A DNA stretch of 64,000 bases. Source: Planctomycetota bacterium. Its GTDB lineage: Bacteria; Planctomycetota; Phycisphaerae; WQYP01. The stretch spans positions 4,643-68,642 of the forward strand of contig JAJZJL010000002.1 of the NCBI GenBank assembly GCA_021810145.1. The letters are read 5' to 3'. The position numbers and the translations under genes were made by a program. The notes beneath the pieces were generated by a model. The model saw only the letters and a list, made by a program, of their open reading frames with translations, did not search any database and was not told the origin of the DNA. Of the stretch, positions 9,207 through 19,247 are shown in pieces (within the stretch, counting starts at the first letter, position 1; every line of letters starts with the position of its first letter).

Positions 9207-10861
9207 AACCTGAAGAACTAATAAGCATGATGGAAAAGGCACGCGCGGATTCGTCCGCTTTCGAGCATGAAATCCGTGTCTGCACGGAATCAGGATGCAT
9301 GAGCCTGCAGAGCGATACCCTGCTCAAAGCCCTTGGAGATGAAGTCAAAACCCGCGGCATGACGGATAAAATCTGCGTCAAAGGCGTTGGCTGCATGGGG
9401 CTTTGCTGCAATGGACCGCTGGTTCAGGCCGACACGGCAATGTATCAATTTGCCAAGCCGGAACATGCCTCCGCTATTGTGCAAGGACTTTCAACACAGC
9501 CCGTTGCCGAGTTGCTCTGCAACACACAGCAGCCCTTCTTCACCCGCCAAAAACTTGTCGTGCGGGAGAATTCGGGGCACGTTGATCCGGAAAGCCTGGT
9601 CGACTGCATCGCCCACGGTGCCTATCAGGCCCTGCTTAAAGCCCTCACCACGATGACGCCCCATCAGGTCATACAGGAAATTTCTGATTCCGGCCTGCGC
9701 GGACGCGGCGGAGCGGGTTTCCCAACCGGACTGAAATGGGCCACCGTCTCAAAAGCCGGCGGCAGCGACAAATATGTGATCTGTAATGGTGATGAAGGCG
9801 ATCCGGGCGCATTCATGGATCGCAGTGTCATGGAAGGTGATCCGCATCGGGTGCTGGAAGGAATGGCCATCGCCGCATATGCGGTAGGTGCCGAAAACGG
9901 CGTTATTTATGTCCGGGCGGAGTACCCTCTGGCGGTCAAACGCCTGACGAAAGCCATCAATCTGGCGCGACGGCATGAGTTGATCGGCCATAATATTTTT
10001 GGAACCAAATTCAGCTTTAATGTCGAATTGCGGCTCGGTGCCGGAGCGTTTGTATGCGGCGAGGAAACCGCACTGATCGCAAGTGTGGAAGGCAAGCGCG
10101 GCGTTCCGCGGCCACGGCCGCCCTACCCGGCGAATTCCGGCCTCTTTGGCTGTCCCACGCTTATCAACAATGTGGAGACATATGCCAATGTCGCCCCGAT
10201 TATCAACAAGGGAGCGGCATGGTTTGCGCAGATCGGAACGGAAAAAAGCAAAGGCACAAAAATTTTCGCTCTGACCGGAACCGTCAAAAACTGCGGCCTG
10301 ATTGAAGTCGCCATGGGAATGCCGCTTCGCGAGATCATTTACGATATCGCCGGCGGCGTTCCGAATGGAAAAGCATTTAAAGCCGTGCAGACCGGCGGTC
10401 CATCGGGCGGGTGTATTCCCGCGGAACTTTTGGATATTACCGTGGATTATGAATCGCTGGCCAAAGCCGGATCCATCATGGGGTCCGGCGGCATGATTGT
10501 CATGGACGAAACCAGCAACATGGTGGATGTGGCCCGGTTCTTCATGGAATTCTGCATGACTGAAAGCTGCGGCAAGTGCGTTCCCTGCCGCGTGGGAACC
10601 TATGAAATGCATCAACTGTTGAATCGTATTTGTGAAAAGCGGGGCACGCCGGAAGACCTGCAATTACTGAAGGATTTATGCGGTATGGTCAAACAGACCA
10701 GCCTGTGCGGATTGGGTCAATCCGCACCAAATCCGGTACTCAGCACGTTGCGCTATTTTGAACATGAATACCTGGATCTTGTCAATCAAACTCAGGCCGC
10801 GCACGCAGACCAAAGCCCTGCCGCCACGGGTGAACATATTGAACTGGAGGTGCTCCCATGA
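9203..10861 (+). CDS. hoxF: Bidirectional hydrogenase diaphorase subunit HoxF (NuoF-like NAD(H)/FMN-binding).
   Basis: GRGGAGFPTGLKW FMN/NADH-binding motif, C-terminal ESCGKCVPCRVG 4Fe-4S motif and N-terminal 2Fe-2S thioredoxin-like domain. ATGA overlap with hoxE. Confidence 0.9.
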   Translation: MKPEELISMMEKARADSSAFEHEIRVCTESGCMSLQSDTLLKALGDEVKTRGMTDKICVKGVGCMGLCCNGPLVQADTAMYQFAKPEHASAIVQGLSTQPVAELLCNTQQPFFTRQKLVVRENSGHVDPESLVDCIAHGAYQALLKALTTMTPHQVIQEISDSGLRGRGGAGFPTGLKWATVSKAGGSDKYVICNGDEGDPGAFMDRSVMEGDPHRVLEGMAIAAYAVGAENGVIYVRAEYPLAVKRLTKAINLARRHELIGHNIFGTKFSFNVELRLGAGAFVCGEETALIASVEGKRGVPRPRPPYPANSGLFGCPTLINNVETYANVAPIINKGAAWFAQIGTEKSKGTKIFALTGTVKNCGLIEVAMGMPLREIIYDIAGGVPNGKAFKAVQTGGPSGGCIPAELLDITVDYESLAKAGSIMGSGGMIVMDETSNMVDVARFFMEFCMTESCGKCVPCRVGTYEMHQLLNRICEKRGTPEDLQLLKDLCGMVKQTSLCGLGQSAPNPVLSTLRYFEHEYLDLVNQTQAAHADQSPAATGEHIELEVLP

Positions 10862-11586
10862 GACCGGCTACATCAACCGTTGAATCTCTCACACTGCAAA
10901 TCGACGGCAAAGACATAAGCTGCCGAAGCGGTGAGACAATTCTTCAGGTTGCGCGTGATAACAATATTGATATTCCGACGCTGTGTTTTCTGGAGGGCCT
11001 TACGGTTTGGGGAGGTTGCCGGTTGTGCATGGTGGAGATTGCCGGATCACCCAAGCTTCATGCCGCCTGCGCCACAACCTGCGCCGAGGGGATGGTGGTC
11101 AGCACGGCGTCCCCGCGTCTGAAAGAATATCGCAAGATGATTGTGGAAATGCTCTTTGCGGAACGAAATCATGTGTGCGCGGTATGCGTCAGCAATGGGC
11201 ACTGTGAATTGCAGAATATGGCAGTGAAACTGGAAATTGACCATGTGCGGTTCCCGTATCGCTTCCCGCATCTGGAAGTTGATAATTCACACGATGCCAT
11301 GCGACTGGATCAAAACCGATGCATTTTATGCGTACGCTGCGTGCGCGTATGCGGAGAAATTGAAGGCGCTCATACCAAAGATGTAAAAGGCCGGGGCGTG
11401 CTGGCCGCCATTATTCACGATCTGGATCAGCCCTGGGGTGAAAGCGAGACGTGCACCGCCTGCGGAAAATGTGTTAACGTGTGCCCCACAGGCGCATTAA
11501 CCCACCGCGGCACGGCCGTTGGTGAAATGACCAAAAAAGCCCAGTTTTTACCGTATCTGACATTAATGCGGGAGGCCAAATCATGA
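10858..11586 (+). CDS. hoxU: Bidirectional hydrogenase diaphorase subunit HoxU (NuoG N-terminal-like Fe-S protein).
   Basis: 2Fe-2S ferredoxin N-terminus (CRSGETILQ...CFLEGLTVWGGCRLCMVEI) followed by CxxCxxCxxxCP 4Fe-4S motifs. Confidence 0.88.
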   Translation: MRPATSTVESLTLQIDGKDISCRSGETILQVARDNNIDIPTLCFLEGLTVWGGCRLCMVEIAGSPKLHAACATTCAEGMVVSTASPRLKEYRKMIVEMLFAERNHVCAVCVSNGHCELQNMAVKLEIDHVRFPYRFPHLEVDNSHDAMRLDQNRCILCVRCVRVCGEIEGAHTKDVKGRGVLAAIIHDLDQPWGESETCTACGKCVNVCPTGALTHRGTAVGEMTKKAQFLPYLTLMREAKS

Positions 11587-12149
11587 CCAGTTCCACAACC
11601 AGACCAACCGTGGCCACCGTGTGGCTTGATGGCTGCTCGGGGTGCCATATGAGCCTCATGGACCTTGATGAACGGCTTATTACGCTTGCCGGACTGGTGG
11701 ATATTTTACATTCGCCGGTGGTAGACCCGAAAGAATTCCCGCAAAGCGTGGATTTGACGCTCGTGGAAGGCGCGGTCAGCAGCGAAGAGGATCTGCATAA
11801 AGCCAGAACCATCCGCGCGCACAGCAAATATGTCATCGCCATGGGCGATTGTGCGGTTACAGGCAATGTTCCGGCCATGCGTAACTACTGGGATCGCTCT
11901 GAATTATTCGACCGCGCTTATGTGGAAAATGCCCAGGAACCCGCGTCGCCCGAAGAACGCAAAGCCTTGCTTCCGCTGGTGGTCGTACCGCCTCTACGCC
12001 CCCATGCCACACCGCTGCATGAGGTGATCAAAGTTGATGTTTTTCTGCCCGGTTGCCCGCCACCGGCTGATGCGATCTGGTTTGTGCTGACGGAATTACT
12101 GGCCGGACGCGTGCCCAACGCCATGAGCGTCTCGCGCTTTGGAAAATAG
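11583..12149 (+). CDS. hoxY: [NiFe]-hydrogenase small subunit HoxY.
   Basis: VWLDGCSGCHMSL proximal-cluster motif and GDCAVTG...PGCPP motifs of the NiFe small subunit. ATGA overlap with hoxU. Confidence 0.88.
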   Translation: MTSSTTRPTVATVWLDGCSGCHMSLMDLDERLITLAGLVDILHSPVVDPKEFPQSVDLTLVEGAVSSEEDLHKARTIRAHSKYVIAMGDCAVTGNVPAMRNYWDRSELFDRAYVENAQEPASPEERKALLPLVVVPPLRPHATPLHEVIKVDVFLPGCPPPADAIWFVLTELLAGRVPNAMSVSRFGK

Positions 12150-12190
12150 CCGGCGACCGGACGAACGGGCTTTGAAAAGAGGATGTTATC

Positions 12191-13621
12191 ATGACTCAAA
12201 CCATTACCATTGACGGCGTTACCCGCATTGAAGGACATGCGAAAATAACGATCCATCTGGATGATGCCGGAAAAGTCCGCGATGCGCAGTTTCATGTGAC
12301 TCAATTCCGCGGATTTGAGAAATTTGTGGAAGGCCGGCCGCTGACCGAGATGCCTGGCATTATGGCTCGAATCTGCGGAATCTGTCCTGTCAGTCATCTG
12401 ATGGCGGCGGCCAAGGCGTGCGATGATATTCTGGCGGTCCAAATACCTCCCACGGCGAATAAACTTCGCCGGATAATGAATTTAGCGCAATTGGTGCAGA
12501 GCCACGCGCTATCGTTTTTCCATCTCTCGAGTCCGGATCTGCTTTTTGGTATGGACGGCGATCCCATGCGGCGCAATATCTTCGGGCTGATTCGAGAACA
12601 TCCGGATTTTGCGCGTGATGGCATACTGCTGCGCAAATTCGGACAGGATGTTATCGCCTTGCTGGGGGGAAAAAAAATTCACCCGGCCTGGGTGGTACCG
12701 GGCGGAGTCAATTCACCTCTGACGGAAGAAACCCGCGACGCGATTTTGAAAGAAATTCCCGCCGCCATCGCCCGTGTGGATCGGGCCTTGAATTATTTTC
12801 ATGAAATTGAAGATCACTACCCCGCCGAAGTCGATGCGTTCGCTAACTTCCCGACGCTATTTGCCGGACTGGTAACGCCTGAAGGCCTCCTGGAACATTA
12901 TGACGGAGCCTTGAAATTTGTCGATCACAACGCCACGCCGGTGGCGGAACTCAGCTTGAGCGATAGCAGCCATTATGGAACGCTTATCAGCGAAGCAGTT
13001 GAGAATTATTCATACCTCAAGTTCCCGTATTTCAAGCCCCGTGGATACCCTGCCGGAATTTACCGCGTGGGCCCGCTGGCGAGGCTGGTTGTGGCTGAAC
13101 GATGCGGTACCATACGAGCGGACATGGAATTAGGTGTCTTTCGCACGCGTCTGGGCCGGGCGCCTCAGAGCAGTTTTCATTATCACTGGGCGCGGCTCAT
13201 TGAAATTCTCTTTGGCATAGAAATGATACAGCGACTGCTGCAGTATCCGGATATTCTCAACACCCATATCCGTTCGCGTGCCAGACCCAATCGGCTTGAG
13301 GGCGTGGGTATTTCCGAGGCTCCACGCGGCACCCTGATTCACCATTATAAAATCGATGAAAATGGCCTGATCCGATGGGCCAACCTGATCATCGCCACCG
13401 GGCATAACAACCTGGCGATGAATCTGGGCGTGCGACAGGTTGCCGAGAGATTTGTCGATGGCAACAAACTGCAGGAAGGCATGCTCAATCGCGTGGAGGC
13501 GGTGATTCGCTGCTTTGATCCGTGCCTGAGCTGCTCCACCCACGCGCTGGGGCAAATGCCGCTGCGAATTGAACTTTGTAGGTCAGATGGCGAGGTGTGC
13601 GATGTGCTGCAACGAAACTGA
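12191..13621 (+). CDS. hoxH: [NiFe]-hydrogenase large subunit HoxH.
   Basis: N-terminal RIEGHAKI...[10 protein letters not shown] and C-terminal [12 protein letters not shown] Ni-binding motifs, plus a C-terminal tail as expected for protease processing. Confidence 0.92.
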   Translation: MTQTITIDGVTRIEGHAKITIHLDDAGKVRDAQFHVTQFRGFEKFVEGRPLTEMPGIMARICGICPVSHLMAAAKACDDILAVQIPPTANKLRRIMNLAQLVQSHALSFFHLSSPDLLFGMDGDPMRRNIFGLIREHPDFARDGILLRKFGQDVIALLGGKKIHPAWVVPGGVNSPLTEETRDAILKEIPAAIARVDRALNYFHEIEDHYPAEVDAFANFPTLFAGLVTPEGLLEHYDGALKFVDHNATPVAELSLSDSSHYGTLISEAVENYSYLKFPYFKPRGYPAGIYRVGPLARLVVAERCGTIRADMELGVFRTRLGRAPQSSFHYHWARLIEILFGIEMIQRLLQYPDILNTHIRSRARPNRLEGVGISEAPRGTLIHHYKIDENGLIRWANLIIATGHNNLAMNLGVRQVAERFVDGNKLQEGMLNRVEAVIRCFDPCLSCSTHALGQMPLRIELCRSDGEVCDVLQRN

Positions 13622-14174
13622 TTTCGCCGCCGCCCGGTATCACACATTGCTGATCGGCTATGGCAACACCTTACGCGCTGATGACGGAGCCGGGCCGGCG
13701 GTCATCAAAAAGCTCTCCGCGGTTCTGCCGGCGTATTGCGTTGAATTTGTGCGGCTCATCGCGTGCGGACAATTAACGCCGGAGTTGGCGCTGGACATCG
13801 CCGAGGTCCGTCGTGTTATTTTCGTGGATGCCAGCATGGCGCTTTCTCCCGGGCAATTGACTGTCAGGCCAATCCATCGGGAAGAATCCAACATCCTTAC
13901 CGGCCACCATTTCACGCCCGGAATACTGCTGAACATGACCCAACGCGCCTTCGGCGCATGTCCCATCGCGTGGGTGGCGGCGATCGGATGTCAGTCCACG
14001 GACATCGGTGACAAGCTTACTCCACAAATCGCCGCCGCGGTTGATCGGCTGGTATCGCATCTGCGTAACGGCATCTGCCAGTGGATTAACGGAAACAATT
14101 TTTTGCCGGAAGTGCTCACGGATGTGGTACCGGCTGCCATCATGCACAAACAAGCAGGAAAGGATTATTTATGA
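13602..14174 (+). CDS. hoxW: Hydrogenase maturation endopeptidase (HoxW/HybD family).
   Basis: LLIGYGNTLRADDGAGP motif typical of hydrogenase maturation proteases. It overlaps the hoxH 3' end. The start is uncertain; I chose the ATG at 13602 over 13569. Confidence 0.78.
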   Translation: MCCNETDFAAARYHTLLIGYGNTLRADDGAGPAVIKKLSAVLPAYCVEFVRLIACGQLTPELALDIAEVRRVIFVDASMALSPGQLTVRPIHREESNILTGHHFTPGILLNMTQRAFGACPIAWVAAIGCQSTDIGDKLTPQIAAAVDRLVSHLRNGICQWINGNNFLPEVLTDVVPAAIMHKQAGKDYL

Positions 14175-17100
14175 ATACTCAGGGACATACAACCATTGAC
14201 GGCAATGAGGCGGCAGCCAGCGTGGCCTACCGTACCAGCGAAGCGGCGGTGATTTACCCCATTACTCCCTCAAGCCCGATGGGGGAATTTTTTGATGAGT
14301 GGTCCACACGCGGGCAAGCCAATATCTGGGGTGATGTGCCGAAAATTGTGGAAATGCAGAGTGAAGGCGGCGCGATCGGCGCTGTGCATGGTGCCCTGCA
14401 GGCCGGATCGCTATGCACCACCGCCACCTCATCACAGGGATTGCTGCTGATGATTCCCAACCTATACAAAATCGCGGGCGAACTTACCAGTTTCGTCATT
14501 CAGGTGGCGGCGCGTTCTCTCTCGACCCATGCACTGTCCATTTTCGGCGATCACTCTGATGTGATGGCATGCCGGCAGACGGGTTTCGCCATGCTGGCTT
14601 CGATGAATGTACAGGAAGCACACGATCAGGCGGCTGTTGCATTGGCAGCCAGTTTGCGAAGCAGAGTTCCATTCATCCATTTCTTTGACGGGTTTCGCAC
14701 TTCGCATGAGCTTAACGGCGTTGCCATGCTTTCCGATGACCAGCTTCGCACCCTGATTCCCCAACAGTGGATTGCCGCGCATCGGAAGCGGGCGTTAACA
14801 CCTGACGCACCGGTGCTGCGCGGTACGGCGCAGAATCCAGATACGTTTTTCCAGGCGCGCGAAGCGGCCAACCCTTTTTACGATGCGCTGCCGGGCATCA
14901 TTGTTGAAGAAATGCGGCGGTTTGGACAACTTATCGGGCGGCCGTATGAACCTTATGAATACAGAGGCCATCCACAGGCGTCGCGCGTGATGATCATCAT
15001 GGGATCGGGAGCCGAAACCACCAGTGAAACGGTGCGGTATCTCCTGCAACAGGATCAGCGCGTCGGTTGCGTGATTGTGCGAATGTTTCGTCCGTTTGCG
15101 GGGGATTTGCTGGTCAGGGCCATTCCCGCAACGGCCCGGAAAATCGCAGTCATGGATCGCACGAAAGAGCCGGGATCCGCCGGCGAACCGCTGTATCAGG
15201 ATGTCGTGACCTCACTGGCTCGGGCGAAGATGACCGGTGCATTACCCATGGGTGAATTGCCGATGGTCATCGGTGGGCGATATGGCTTATCAAGCAAGGA
15301 ATTTACACCCGCGATGGTCAAAGCCGTATTCGACGAGCTGGATCAGGCCCATCCAAAGGCCCGGTTTACAGTCGGAATTAATGATGACGTTACACATCTG
15401 TCACTGAAAGTTGATGAGAGTTTTGATCTGCCTATGGGAGATGTGGTTCAGGCCGTATTTTATGGATTAGGCGCGGATGGTACCGTGGGAGCCAATAAGA
15501 ACTCCATAAAAATTATCGGCGATCAGACCGACTTACATGCCCAGGGTTATTTTGTTTACGATTCCAAAAAATCAGGTGCCATGACCATCTCGCATCTGCG
15601 ATTCGGAAAAGAGCCGATCCATGCCGCTTATCTGATTCGCAAGGCCAACTTCATTGCCTGCCACCAGTTTGAATTTCTCCAGCGCATGGACATTCTGGAG
15701 TTGGCCGCCCCCGGTTCGGTATTTCTGCTTAACGCACCGTTGGAGGCTCAACAACTATGGGATCATCTGCCGGTGGAAATCCAGCAGACCATTATCGAAA
15801 AGCGCCTGCGACTGTTTGCGATAGACGCAAACGCCGTAGCCCGCGACACCGGCATGGGCCGGCGAATCAATACCATTATGCAAACAGCTTTTTTTGCCAT
15901 ATCCGGGGTGTTACCGCGCGCTGCGGCGATCGAAGCCATTAAAAAGGCGATCAAAAAGTCCTATCAAAAGCGTGGCGAGGAAGTGGTTCAGCGGAATTAC
16001 AACGCGGTGGATCAGACGTTGGCCAATTTGCATGAAATCACCGTTCCTGCCACCGCCACTTCCGCCATTCGCCAGGAAAGCTTCACACAGCCGGCCATGC
16101 CGCCATTCACCCAACGGGTGCAGGCGGTCATGATGGCGGGAAAGGGCGATTTGTTGCCTGTCAGCGCATTTCCAGTTGACGGCACCTGGCCGACCGGCAC
16201 AACCAAATGGGAAAAGCGCAACATCGCGGTAGAAATTCCGGAATGGGATCAGCAATTCTGCATCCAATGCAACAAGTGCGCCTTTGTTTGTCCGCATGCG
16301 GCCATTCGGGCGAAACTTTATGACGCCGGCGAATTAGCCGGTGCGCCAAAACTCTTTAAGCACATGGCCTACAAAGCGCCCGATTTTAAGGGCATGTCCT
16401 ATACGCTGCAGGTGGCTCCCGAAGATTGCACGGGATGCGGATTGTGTGTGGAAGTCTGCCCGGCCAAGGATAAGGCAAATCCCAAGCACAAAGCCATTAA
16501 TATGGTTCCACAACGCCCCATCCGCGATCGTGAACGCGACAACTTCAATTTCTTTCTGAACATTCCGGAACTGGATCGCACACGCATTGCGCGATTGGAT
16601 GTGAAAGCCAGTCAATTCCTGCTGCCATTGTTTGAATTCAGCGGAGCCTGCGCCGGGTGCGGCGAAACGCCTTATATTAAATTACTGACCCAATTGTTTG
16701 GAGATCGATTGATTATCGCCAATGCCACAGGTTGTTCCTCAATCTATGGCGGCAATCTTCCCACCACCCCCTATACCACCAACCGCGATGGCCGCGGCCC
16801 GGCATGGAATAATTCCCTCTTTGAGGATAATGCCGAATTCGGTATGGGTATGCGGCTGAGCGTGGACCAGCACATCCGGCAAGCGCAACGTCTGCTGCGG
16901 GAACTTTCGGGTCATATCGGCGATAGCTTAACTTCCGCCATCCTTCAAGCGGATCAAACATCGGAAAAGGCAATAGCCGATCAGCGGCAACGGGTGGTGG
17001 AATTGCGCAAAGTCCTCCAGAACATCGATCAACCTCAAGCCGCGGCGCTGGCGCAAATAGCCGATTATCTGGTTCGCAAGAGCGTCTGGATCATCGGTGG

Positions 17101-17782
17101 CGATGGATGGGCATATGACATTGATTTTGGCGGACTGGATCATGTTTTGAGTCTGCCTTTTGATATCAATATTCTGGTTCTGGACACGGAAGTGTATTCC
17201 AATACCGGCGGCCAAAGTTCCAAGAGCACTCCCATTGGCGCAGTAGCCAAATTTGCCGCCGCCGGAAAAGCCACCCAGAAAAAGGACCTGGGACTTATGG
17301 CGATGAGTTATCGGCATGCCTATGTGGCAAGTGTCGCTTTTGGAGCCAATGATAATCACACCGTTCGCGTTTTCAGTGAAGCCGCAAGTTACCCCGGCCC
17401 ATCATTGATTATTGCATACAGCCACTGCATTGCGCATGGGTATGATCTCAAATTCGGGATCAATCAGCAGAAATTAGCCGTGGATAGCGGCGTGTGGCCG
17501 CTGTATCACTATGACCCGCGACTGCTGGCCCGCGGAAAACCGCCGCTGCAGATTGATTCGCCGAGCCAAAAGGCCAATGTGCGCGATTATCTTCGCAATG
17601 AGACACGCTTTTCCATGATTGAAAAAATGAATCCTGAAAGATTCCGCATGCTTTCGGAAGCATCCGTACGCAATACCGCCGAACGATTGGCACTGTACAG
17701 CCGGCTTGCGAGCTTTGCGTTTCCGGAACCCGAGGCCCCGGCTGAAGCAAGTCTAGCCGCCGATGAGGCGAAAGGAGAATAA
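14171..17782 (+). CDS. nifJ: Pyruvate:ferredoxin (flavodoxin) oxidoreductase, single-polypeptide PFOR.
   Basis: 1203 aa. The N-terminus MNTQGHTTIDGNEAAASVAYRTSEAAVIYPITPSS is canonical. It has two 4Fe-4S ferredoxin motifs (CIQCNKCAFVCPHAAI, CTGCGLCVEVCP) and TPP-binding GGDGWAYDIDFGG. ATGA overlap with hoxW. Confidence 0.93.
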   Translation: MNTQGHTTIDGNEAAASVAYRTSEAAVIYPITPSSPMGEFFDEWSTRGQANIWGDVPKIVEMQSEGGAIGAVHGALQAGSLCTTATSSQGLLLMIPNLYKIAGELTSFVIQVAARSLSTHALSIFGDHSDVMACRQTGFAMLASMNVQEAHDQAAVALAASLRSRVPFIHFFDGFRTSHELNGVAMLSDDQLRTLIPQQWIAAHRKRALTPDAPVLRGTAQNPDTFFQAREAANPFYDALPGIIVEEMRRFGQLIGRPYEPYEYRGHPQASRVMIIMGSGAETTSETVRYLLQQDQRVGCVIVRMFRPFAGDLLVRAIPATARKIAVMDRTKEPGSAGEPLYQDVVTSLARAKMTGALPMGELPMVIGGRYGLSSKEFTPAMVKAVFDELDQAHPKARFTVGINDDVTHLSLKVDESFDLPMGDVVQAVFYGLGADGTVGANKNSIKIIGDQTDLHAQGYFVYDSKKSGAMTISHLRFGKEPIHAAYLIRKANFIACHQFEFLQRMDILELAAPGSVFLLNAPLEAQQLWDHLPVEIQQTIIEKRLRLFAIDANAVARDTGMGRRINTIMQTAFFAISGVLPRAAAIEAIKKAIKKSYQKRGEEVVQRNYNAVDQTLANLHEITVPATATSAIRQESFTQPAMPPFTQRVQAVMMAGKGDLLPVSAFPVDGTWPTGTTKWEKRNIAVEIPEWDQQFCIQCNKCAFVCPHAAIRAKLYDAGELAGAPKLFKHMAYKAPDFKGMSYTLQVAPEDCTGCGLCVEVCPAKDKANPKHKAINMVPQRPIRDRERDNFNFFLNIPELDRTRIARLDVKASQFLLPLFEFSGACAGCGETPYIKLLTQLFGDRLIIANATGCSSIYGGNLPTTPYTTNRDGRGPAWNNSLFEDNAEFGMGMRLSVDQHIRQAQRLLRELSGHIGDSLTSAILQADQTSEKAIADQRQRVVELRKVLQNIDQPQAAALAQIADYLVRKSVWIIGGDGWAYDIDFGGLDHVLSLPFDINILVLDTEVYSNTGGQSSKSTPIGAVAKFAAAGKATQKKDLGLMAMSYRHAYVASVAFGANDNHTVRVFSEAASYPGPSLIIAYSHCIAHGYDLKFGINQQKLAVDSGVWPLYHYDPRLLARGKPPLQIDSPSQKANVRDYLRNETRFSMIEKMNPERFRMLSEASVRNTAERLALYSRLASFAFPEPEAPAEASLAADEAKGE

Positions 17783-17786
17783 GGTT

Positions 17787-18809
17787 ATGGATATGTCTAC
17801 AAACTATATGGGATTTGAACTTCCGCATCCGCTGATTCCCGGAGCATCTCCGATGGTCGGCGATATGGATACCGTTCGCCGCCTGGAAGATGCCGGCGCT
17901 CCAATGATTATCATGCACTCAATATTTGAGGAGCAACTGGTTAAAGAAGAGCTGTACGTGGACTGGACACTAACCCAGGGAGAGTACAACTCAAGCGAAG
18001 CATCCAGCTATCTTCCAACGCCGTACAATTTTCGTCTGGGACCGGATGCCTATCTTACGCAGTTGCAGAAAATAAAGGCTGCCGTGCATGTGCCGGTGAT
18101 TGCCTCGCTGAATGGGCGTACGCTTGGCGGCTGGACCGCCTACGCGAAGTTGCTGGAGGACGCCGGAGCCGACGGCATTGAATTGAATCTCTACGATCTG
18201 GCACTTTCAGCGTTTCGGGATTCGACGGATGTTGAACGCGAATCTCTGGCGATCATACAGGACGTGCGAAAGGCGGTTGAAGTTCCTTTGGCCGTGAAGC
18301 TGTCACCGTTTTATACTTCGCCGGTGCATTTTGTCGCTCAGGCAGTCAAATCCGGTGCGGGAAGCGTGGTGATCTTCAATCGCTTTTATCAAGCCGACAT
18401 TGATATTGAAAATCTCACGGTAACACGGGAACTCAAGCTCTCCACATCCGATGAACTTTTACCCCGCCTGCGATGGACCGCGGCGATCAGTGGACAGGTA
18501 GATTGCCAGGTGGCCATTACCGGTGGCGTTCAGAATGCCCGCGACGCCGTAAAGTGCCTGATGGTTGGGGCAGACGCCGTGCAAATCGTTTCAGCGCTTT
18601 TGGAATATGGTGCGGACCATCTGACGGTATTGCGCAATGCCCTGGCCGAATGGATGCAGTCCCATGAATATACATCCGTGAAACAGATGAAAGGCTCCAT
18701 GAGCATGGCGCGATCATCGGAGCCGGAACTCTTCGAGCGAGGCAATTATATTCAGATTCTTCAGGGGTGGAAAAAAGCGGAATCCGGCATGGAGTGTTTC
18801 TGGAGCTGA
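17787..18809 (+). CDS. Dihydroorotate-dehydrogenase-like FMN TIM-barrel protein lacking the catalytic Cys/Ser.
   Basis: Class-1 DHOD-like layout: PVIASLNG, VKLSP, IFNRF, ITGGV and VGADAVQIVSAL are all present. The active-site NISCPN is replaced by NLYDLA. Start 5 nt after the nifJ stop. Confidence 0.7.
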   Translation: MDMSTNYMGFELPHPLIPGASPMVGDMDTVRRLEDAGAPMIIMHSIFEEQLVKEELYVDWTLTQGEYNSSEASSYLPTPYNFRLGPDAYLTQLQKIKAAVHVPVIASLNGRTLGGWTAYAKLLEDAGADGIELNLYDLALSAFRDSTDVERESLAIIQDVRKAVEVPLAVKLSPFYTSPVHFVAQAVKSGAGSVVIFNRFYQADIDIENLTVTRELKLSTSDELLPRLRWTAAISGQVDCQVAITGGVQNARDAVKCLMVGADAVQIVSALLEYGADHLTVLRNALAEWMQSHEYTSVKQMKGSMSMARSSEPELFERGNYIQILQGWKKAESGMECFWS

Positions 18810-18812
18810 ATC

Positions 18813-19247
18813 ATGCATGAAGTTTCAATTGCGGAATCGTTGATTGCGTTAATCCGCCGTCACCTGCCGGCGCATCAGCGCCTTGTTCAGGCTACGGTGC
18901 GCATCGGACCGATGCACGGCATAGTACCGGAGGCCATGGAAATGGCATGGAATATCGCCAGTGCTGATGCGGGCTGGAAGGGATCACGGTTAATCGTCAT
19001 GACACCGCCCTGGCGATTGCGTTGTGTGGTGTGCGGGCGCTGCTGGGAACCGGTAACGGTTGACGAGCATTGCGTTTGTGGAGCCGCACACGTTGAGATT
19101 TTAGGCGGCGATGAGTTCCAATTGGATAGCATTGATGTTCATTCGGCGGCGAAACATCGCAGGCGGAACACCGCGCGACATGGCCGAGGCCGTCCGAGAA
19201 CTTTTACAAGGGGAGTCGCACATGAGCACCAAAGTTCCCATCGTTGA
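18813..19247 (+). CDS. hypA: Hydrogenase nickel-incorporation protein HypA, with a ~30-aa basic C-terminal extension.
   Basis: MHEVSIAESLIALIRRHLP N-terminus with the MHE Ni-binding motif, and a Zn site CVVCGRCW...HCVCG. The ORF continues ~30 aa past the usual HypA end and overlaps hypB. Confidence 0.85.
   Translation: MHEVSIAESLIALIRRHLPAHQRLVQATVRIGPMHGIVPEAMEMAWNIASADAGWKGSRLIVMTPPWRLRCVVCGRCWEPVTVDEHCVCGAAHVEILGGDEFQLDSIDVHSAAKHRRRNTARHGRGRPRTFTRGVAHEHQSSHR

Noticed and set aside
9749-10663. 304-aa minus-strand ORF inside hoxF
   Set aside because: Antisense shadow ORF in GC-rich coding DNA. No recognisable motifs, and hoxF on the plus strand is unambiguous.
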